From positions 1 to 62,163 of the forward strand of contig CAWGIE010000018.1 of assembly GCA_963822585.1 (NCBI GenBank): DNA of 62,163 nt, written 5' to 3'. A program made the position numbers and the translations under genes. Of this stretch, positions 56,330-62,163 are shown one piece after another; position 1 is the stretch's first letter, and every line of letters starts with the position of its first letter. The notes under the pieces are model-generated. The model had not been told where the DNA came from. It saw only the letters and a program-made list of their open reading frames with translations, and did not search any database. The stretch comes from an uncultured bacterium (GTDB taxonomy: Bacteria; Auribacterota; Erginobacteria; Erginobacterales; Erginobacteraceae).

Positions 56330-56411
56330 TGTAAAATTTTTCTTCGAAAAATTGTAGCGGTACCGACCAAGTCGGAGCATTTTACTCGACGGAAAGCGCG
56401 GGTTCCAGCGA

Positions 56412-57362
56412 TTAACCGGCTTGCCGGCACCAGGCCGCGCAGGAAACCAGGCCTTCCCGGAGCTTGATCGTTGGATGAAATCCCAGCACCTTTTCAGAGA
56501 GTGTCAGATCGGCCCGGGCCCTCCTGAAATCGGCGGCGCGTTCCTCCCGGTGCTCCACCGGCACCCGGCTGCCGGTGACATCAATGATCAGCCGGGCCAG
56601 CTCGTTGATCGAGGTCTCAACACCGGTCCCGACATTAAAAACGCCGCCGGCGGCTTCTTCTTTCCGGGCGCCCAGGATATTGGCGTTGACCACGTCGCTG
56701 ACGCAGACAAAATCCCGGGTCCGATTACCGGCGCCGAAGATGACGATCGGCTCCCCGGCCAGGGCCCGGAGCATGAAGATAGCAACCGCTCCGGATTCCG
56801 ACTTTATCGTCTGCCGGGGTCCATAGACATTGAAATAGCGGAGGCGGACGGTGGGAAGTCCCAGTTCATCGTTGAAGACTTTGCAATAGGCTTCAGCGCT
56901 GACCTTGGAGGCGGCATAGGGAGAGAGGAGAGAACCACCGGTTGAGAGTGTGGGATAAGACTCCGATAACCTCTCCGGGGGAGCATTGCCGTAGACATTG
57001 GTGGAGGACAGGATAAATTTTTTCACCCCCGCCCGGAGCGCGGCCCACAGGAGGTTGAGCGTGCCCCGGGCGTTGATCTCGAAGTCCTCGACGGGGTTTT
57101 CCACCGCCCGGGCCGGATTGATCTGGGCCGCCAGATGAAAGACGATATCCACCCCCCCCACCGCCTTCGCCACCTCATCCTCGCTCCTTACGTCCCCCCG
57201 CCGGAGATCGATCCGCGACGGATCGAGGTTGGACGCGCTCCCGGTCGAGAGATTGTCCAGCACCCGAACCCGGGCGCCTTCCCGGAGCAGCCGGTCGGCA
57301 AGATGGGAGCCGATAAAGCCGGCCCCCCCGGTAACCAGTGCTAATGACCCTTTCAGCTTCAA
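56412..57362 (-). CDS. NAD-dependent sugar epimerase/dehydratase (extended SDR)
   Basis: VTGGAGFIGSH, YAASK, RYFNVYGPRQ and TRDFV motifs. Confidence 0.92.
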   Translation of the reverse strand: MKLKGSLALVTGGAGFIGSHLADRLLREGARVRVLDNLSTGSASNLDPSRIDLRRGDVRSEDEVAKAVGGVDIVFHLAAQINPARAVENPVEDFEINARGTLNLLWAALRAGVKKFILSSTNVYGNAPPERLSESYPTLSTGGSLLSPYAASKVSAEAYCKVFNDELGLPTVRLRYFNVYGPRQTIKSESGAVAIFMLRALAGEPIVIFGAGNRTRDFVCVSDVVNANILGARKEEAAGGVFNVGTGVETSINELARLIIDVTGSRVPVEHREERAADFRRARADLTLSEKVLGFHPTIKLREGLVSCAAWCRQAG

Positions 57363-57379
57363 GGCACCTGTCCTCCACC

Positions 57380-58786
57380 CTATTTAGAATAAAACCAATA
57401 CCGCGCCAGGGTTGACCAGCTCAGACCATATCGCCTTCTCAATCCCCGCCCGAAAAACCAGTAGAAGACCGGCGGGTAAATCAAACGGGCGACCCGGGGC
57501 GGATTTTTGACCAGCCGGACGAATTTTCCGTAAGACACCTTTCCGCTCACCAGATAGGCGAACAATTTTTGAGCGTTAAAGAATAGGCTCTTTTTGACCG
57601 GATCGTCAATCACGCTTTCCTGAAAATACGAATAAGGAAATGATCCGGCGTCCCGATCGCGGCGGCCGATCGCCATTTCTTCGGCTATCGCCGTTCCCGG
57701 ATACGGCTGGAGGATCGAACACCAGGGATACGCGGTCTCGATCTTCTGATTGATAAGGACCGTCTGATAAACGTCGTCAACCGTCTCCTCAGACAGCCCG
57801 ATCATATTGTACGTCAAGAACGGCATCCCGTGAAGATGGAGGGACTCGGCCGCTTGATAGATATCATTATCGGTGACCGGCTTGCGGTATTTTTGCATCC
57901 TGATCCGCTCCACGCCGCTTTCAACCCCGAAATAGACGACCTCGCATCCCGCTTTTTTCAAGGTCGCCACCAGGGGCGGCGAGATCTGGGGCGCAGTCGC
58001 CAGGCAGTGAAAAGGCAGGGAGATTTCCCTTCCATACCTGCCGCAGAATTCCTCCACCCATTCCCTCCGGCGGAGAAATTGATCGTCCACGATGTTCAAG
58101 CCTTTCCAGCCGTAACGTTTCAATTCTTTCAGTTCCCCGATGACACTGTCCACCGAACGCTGACGGAATATCCTTCCTTTTTCCCGATAGATCCGGTTAT
58201 AGGCGGGGTTAAAGCAGTAGGCGCAGGCGTGCGGACAGCCGCGCGAGGTCCAGAGGGACTTGAGCGGGCTTTTGCGGAGAGAGGGATACTCCCGGTAAAA
58301 CGTTCGGTCTGCCGCCGGCAGCGCGGAAAGCTCATCCTCCGCAAGGAGGGGAGAGACGGGATTTTTAACAATGGAGCCCCGATCCTTGAACCAGATATTC
58401 GGCACTTCCCTGATCGAAGCCGGGGTCCCGTCATATTTTTCCATCAGGATCGAGAGAGCTCTTTCCCCCTCCCCGATGCAGATCGCGTCCACCTCCGGCT
58501 CAGCGACCACTTCCGGGCGAAAAGTTGGATGGGGTCCACCGAAAATAATAAAAGTGCCGGGCAATTCTTTTTTAATCAATCGAGCGGCGCCCAGCGCCCA
58601 CCGTAATGAGGGTGTGCATAAACTGATGCCGATTATTGCCGGCTTGAGGTCCTTCAGGAGTCGGATATCCCGCTTCGGGTTGATGACTATCCGGGCGGCA
58701 AATCCCCGTGACTTCAAGCAGGAGGTGAGAACCATAACGCCCAGTTTTTCTTCCATCTCTCTCTGAATGAAAACGATTGAGTTCAC
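57380..58786 (-). CDS. B12-binding radical SAM protein
   Basis: GGPHPT, GEGE, SRGCPHACAYC and GVESG motifs. Confidence 0.92.
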   Translation of the reverse strand: MNSIVFIQREMEEKLGVMVLTSCLKSRGFAARIVINPKRDIRLLKDLKPAIIGISLCTPSLRWALGAARLIKKELPGTFIIFGGPHPTFRPEVVAEPEVDAICIGEGERALSILMEKYDGTPASIREVPNIWFKDRGSIVKNPVSPLLAEDELSALPAADRTFYREYPSLRKSPLKSLWTSRGCPHACAYCFNPAYNRIYREKGRIFRQRSVDSVIGELKELKRYGWKGLNIVDDQFLRRREWVEEFCGRYGREISLPFHCLATAPQISPPLVATLKKAGCEVVYFGVESGVERIRMQKYRKPVTDNDIYQAAESLHLHGMPFLTYNMIGLSEETVDDVYQTVLINQKIETAYPWCSILQPYPGTAIAEEMAIGRRDRDAGSFPYSYFQESVIDDPVKKSLFFNAQKLFAYLVSGKVSYGKFVRLVKNPPRVARLIYPPVFYWFFGRGLRRRYGLSWSTLARYWFYSK

Positions 58787-60519
58787 GGCGTGAGTCTGAA
58801 AACATTAACATATCTGTGCGGGCCGCTATCGTTGATTATCTGGGTGACGAATTCATATGCTCCGGTGCTCCGGGGCTGAGAGAGAACGGCGATATTATCG
58901 AGACCCCAGGATTGATAAAACCGCCACCCGGCGTTGGAACACATCCGCGAATCCCATGTTACGTAAGTGATGCCGCGCCGACGGCATTCCCGGATAAATT
59001 CTTCAGGATTCTTTGCTTCAATATCGGCTATCGGGATAAAATTATTTTCACCTTCCGGGACAAAAACCTGAAGAAGGGGGGCCATGGCGGAGACCATTTT
59101 CTCATCGCGGCCCGCATGGCGCCGGTACCACTGCGCTAGATATTTAAATTCGATATCCCGCCGTCCGCTCCCCACCTTATCAATGAGAGCATACTGATTG
59201 GCGACCAATAACGAACATACCAGTATCGATGCCGTGAGATCGCGCCGCCATTGTCTGTCCCGATAATAAAACAGCCGGGCGGCAAATAATACGATGACCG
59301 CCCCGGTCGATACATAGGGTACCGAGACCGATCCTCCGCCGGCGGCCGCCATCCGGGACAACCCCGCGAGAGAGGAGATCACCCAGAACCCGGCTGATGC
59401 CAGGATAACGACCGTTCCCGCCCATGCCAGTCCTTCCGGAACCCTGATCTTTCGCTTTACCAATCCCCAGAAGTTCTGCCAGCCGTACCACCAGATAAAC
59501 AACAAAATCCAGAAAACCGGGACCCAGTAACGCCAGAGCGTCAGATAAAATAAATGAATAAAAAAATATCCGGTGAAGAAAATGAGTAGAGCCATGATTT
59601 TCCACCGGCGAGCGGACAAAGCACAGCCAATCCCCCAAATAATACCGAAGACGGCAATGCTCTTGGCTGCGGCGAATACTGACCAATTGACCGCGGGAGA
59701 AGAGAGAGGCTCCAACAAAGATGAGAAAGTGACCTCCCAGAGCTGATATATCTTCAGCGAGAATGGGTCCTGATTTTGATTGAAAGTTTTCAGGTAGTAA
59801 ATCCCCTCCGGCGACCGCCAACCGCCCAGCAGCCAGAGGAGCAGTGGCGCCGCGGAGAGGAAGGCGCACAGGAAAGTCAAACGCCTTTCTTCTCGGGTCT
59901 TCCGAATCGCCATATCGATGATAAACACGGTCAGGATTAAAACCGCTCCTTCATAGCGGACCAGGGAGGCTATGGACGCGAAGAGATAACTCAAGCGGGA
60001 TCCCCGGAAAAGACAATAAAAGGTCGCGAGGATACAAAACAACAGGGCGGTTTCAACGATCGGGTCCATCAACAGCTGCATCACCCAGGGGTTAAGTATG
60101 GCTATCAATGCCACCCAGAACGCGGAATTACCGACGATCTTTCGTCCGACCAGCCAGAGCAAGAGCAGATTAAAGGGATTGAAAAAGGCGTTGAGCAGCC
60201 AGCCGGCGGAGAGTTCCGGGCAGGCGCTGCCGAGGAAATGACTCAAGCCGCTGATGAGAATACCCGGTACGGGGAGACGGGTAAAAGAGGCGGGAAGATT
60301 AAAAGATAACAGTTGCCGGCCGGTGAGTGCGAAATAGTAAAAATCAGGTGCAGGCACCTTTTGATACCCGAAATAGAGGACGGAAAGATATGCGCCGAAC
60401 CCGAACAGAACCAGAGAGACGAAAAGCCCGAAATTTTTATCCGGGCCGGAAGCTTTTCTCGACACCGTGACGCCCGGAGCTTCCGGAAGCTCCTGTCCTT
60501 TTTTCCCGCGGCTTTTCAC
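58783..60519 (-). CDS. Polytopic membrane protein, GT-C-like glycosyltransferase candidate
   Basis: About 11-13 hydrophobic segments; PD, RLP, ET and LVRYEG motifs; RY..P in a late loop; soluble C-terminal domain. Confidence 0.62.
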   Translation of the reverse strand: MKSRGKKGQELPEAPGVTVSRKASGPDKNFGLFVSLVLFGFGAYLSVLYFGYQKVPAPDFYYFALTGRQLLSFNLPASFTRLPVPGILISGLSHFLGSACPELSAGWLLNAFFNPFNLLLLWLVGRKIVGNSAFWVALIAILNPWVMQLLMDPIVETALLFCILATFYCLFRGSRLSYLFASIASLVRYEGAVLILTVFIIDMAIRKTREERRLTFLCAFLSAAPLLLWLLGGWRSPEGIYYLKTFNQNQDPFSLKIYQLWEVTFSSLLEPLSSPAVNWSVFAAAKSIAVFGIIWGIGCALSARRWKIMALLIFFTGYFFIHLFYLTLWRYWVPVFWILLFIWWYGWQNFWGLVKRKIRVPEGLAWAGTVVILASAGFWVISSLAGLSRMAAAGGGSVSVPYVSTGAVIVLFAARLFYYRDRQWRRDLTASILVCSLLVANQYALIDKVGSGRRDIEFKYLAQWYRRHAGRDEKMVSAMAPLLQVFVPEGENNFIPIADIEAKNPEEFIRECRRRGITYVTWDSRMCSNAGWRFYQSWGLDNIAVLSQPRSTGAYEFVTQIINDSGPHRYVNVFRLTP

Positions 60520-60592
60520 GTCGGCATTCCGGTCCCGGTTCAGGTTGAAAATTTATAACGGAAGAGACCCTTAAAAATAAACCCCGTTGGCG

Positions 60593-61993
60593 CTAGCGGC
60601 CGGGAATGAGTATATCCATCAGTCTGCCGCTGATCGCCTTCAGCTGCCGGGGCCGTTTCATCTCTTTTAAAATCCGCCCGATAATCCGGGGCCGGAGATA
60701 AAAGGAGAGAGTGGCTTTTTTCTGGAGTTTTTTCAGTTTCCCGGCCGGGACATTCGATAAGCCGGGGACCACCCGGGAAGGGAGAAAATTACTCCAGTCC
60801 GATACCGGATAATGGTGCTTTGTGAACTCATCCCAGAGAGGCGAGCCGGGCAGGGGAATGGTAATCAGAAAAGAAGCCAGGTCGATTTTCAGGGAACGGG
60901 CGAAAGAGATCGTCTCCTCGATCTCATCCTCGGTCTCCTCCGGGTAACCGAGCAGGAAGAAACCGGATACCCTCATGTGAGTGCACGACTTGATCAGATC
61001 GATCTTTTCCCTGATCACCTTTTTGGTCAGGTTCTTCTTCATCAGCCGCAAGATCCGATCACTCCCCGATTCGATCCCGACCGCCAGAGAATAGAAGCCG
61101 GCCCGCTCCATCAGGGATAATACTTCACGATCCAAGGAATCCAGCCGAATCCCGTTGGGGAGCGCGAAGGCGAGATCGAGCTCGCGTTTTATAATCTCCC
61201 GGCAGAAAACGTTCACATACTCCCGATCCCCGGTAAAATTATCATCCTCAATGTGAAATTCCCTCACCCCGTAGCGATCATGCAACAGGACAATCTCCCC
61301 GAGAACGTTCTCCACCGACCGGTACCTGATCTCCCGGCCGGTAAGCGACCGGGCCGCGCAGAAGGTGCAGGGAAACGGACATCCCCGCGATGTGATGATC
61401 GGCGCCACCGGCGGGTGACGGAAAAAGATCCCGTGAGTGGCGGAGGGATAACTTCGGGGATCCATCAGATGCCAGGCCGGAAATTCGATCTCGTCCGGAT
61501 CCGGCACCGGGGCCCGGGGATTAATAACCACCCGGCCCTCTCTTCGCCAGACCAGATTGGGGATCTCCCCGAGGCGAACGGGATCGGAATAATCTTTCTT
61601 TTCCAGCCGCAGAAAATGTTCCAGACCGATCTCCGCCTCCCCCACAAACCCGAAGTCCATCTTGTCCAGGTAGTCCGCCGTCCCTCCCGGGTCGCCGCTG
61701 ATATGCGGACCGCCGACCAGGGTCACGCTTTCCGGCGAATATTTTTTAATGACCTCCAGGTGTTTCTTGACCGCCGGAAGTTCATAACTGAACATCTGGA
61801 TCCCGATCAGGTCGTACCCTCCCCGCCGGACCAGCGCGGCGAAATCATCCCCGCTGAGATTGACTCTCCCCGCATCGACGATATCCGGCTCATGCCCCTG
61901 CCGGGCAATAACCGCGGCAAGGTATCCCAGACCGAGCGGAGGCTGTACCACGTAATATCTGTCGTTGATCGGCTTCAGCAGCAGGACCTTCAT
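60593..61993 (-). CDS. B12-binding radical SAM protein
   Basis: PPLGLGYLAA, GGPH, GEAE, TSRGCPFPCTFC, EDDNF and GIESG motifs. Confidence 0.93.
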   Translation of the reverse strand: MKVLLLKPINDRYYVVQPPLGLGYLAAVIARQGHEPDIVDAGRVNLSGDDFAALVRRGGYDLIGIQMFSYELPAVKKHLEVIKKYSPESVTLVGGPHISGDPGGTADYLDKMDFGFVGEAEIGLEHFLRLEKKDYSDPVRLGEIPNLVWRREGRVVINPRAPVPDPDEIEFPAWHLMDPRSYPSATHGIFFRHPPVAPIITSRGCPFPCTFCAARSLTGREIRYRSVENVLGEIVLLHDRYGVREFHIEDDNFTGDREYVNVFCREIIKRELDLAFALPNGIRLDSLDREVLSLMERAGFYSLAVGIESGSDRILRLMKKNLTKKVIREKIDLIKSCTHMRVSGFFLLGYPEETEDEIEETISFARSLKIDLASFLITIPLPGSPLWDEFTKHHYPVSDWSNFLPSRVVPGLSNVPAGKLKKLQKKATLSFYLRPRIIGRILKEMKRPRQLKAISGRLMDILIPGR

Positions 61994-62163
61994 TCCATCT
62001 TCCGAAACTGGGCGGCGGGGACAAGAAAGACATCATCCACCCAGAACTCGCCCTCCTGAAAATCGGTTATCCGCCCCACCCGGACCTCGATCTTGGACTC
62101 TCCTGCCTCGGCGCGGGGGTGCGGTCTGAATACCCCGATCAACAAGGTCCAATCGTTATCCCC
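61990..62163 (-). CDS. 3' end of an upstream gene (possible carbohydrate-binding jelly-roll C-terminus), truncated by the window edge
   Basis: Open frame GDNDWTLLIGVF...GEFWVDDVFLVP...ME* whose stop overlaps the next ATG (ATGA). Confidence 0.6.
   Translation of the reverse strand, partial: GDNDWTLLIGVFRPHPRAEAGESKIEVRVGRITDFQEGEFWVDDVFLVPAAQFRKME

Noticed and set aside
1..62163. tRNA, rRNA, known riboswitch, prophage or reverse-transcriptase system
   Set aside because: None recognised by eye, including a glycine riboswitch before gcvT or gcvH. tRNAscan-SE and Rfam scans would be needed to exclude them formally.

Overview
A GC-rich bacterial chromosomal segment, probably from an anaerobic diderm (inference from the IOR/ACD fermentation genes and an OprP-type porin). 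From left to right: a complete IS3-family element; nucleobase/nucleoside salvage-type enzymes; fabD, a CDF transporter, a DinG helicase and a porin; lipA-[vapBC]-lpdA and a LipM/LplA-family gene; an archaeal-style acdA-iorA-iorB-acdB-aminotransferase operon; an apparent GcvT-SHMT fusion gene; a decaying integron-like cassette array (attC sites, two toxin-antitoxin modules, no integrase in the window); TusA with a split YeeE/YedE pair; a multi-PAS hybrid kinase; gcvH-gcvPA-[GxxExxY]-gcvPB; and a glycosylation cluster with two B12-binding radical SAM genes. The most striking non-standard signal is in the intergenic DNA. A GxxExxY (PD-(D/E)XK-like) gene is bracketed exactly by 34-bp inverted repeats with 9-bp periodicity and splits the gcvP genes. 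A gene-less copy of the same repeat lies 4 kb away, several related empty elements are scattered through the window, and ~30-bp hairpin modules are nested inside some of them. About a dozen 1-2 bp frameshifts, many in homopolymers, look like long-read assembly errors, so the split genes are called as single CDSs. No rRNA, tRNA or CRISPR array was recognised. All protein calls come from motif recognition by eye; no database search was run.
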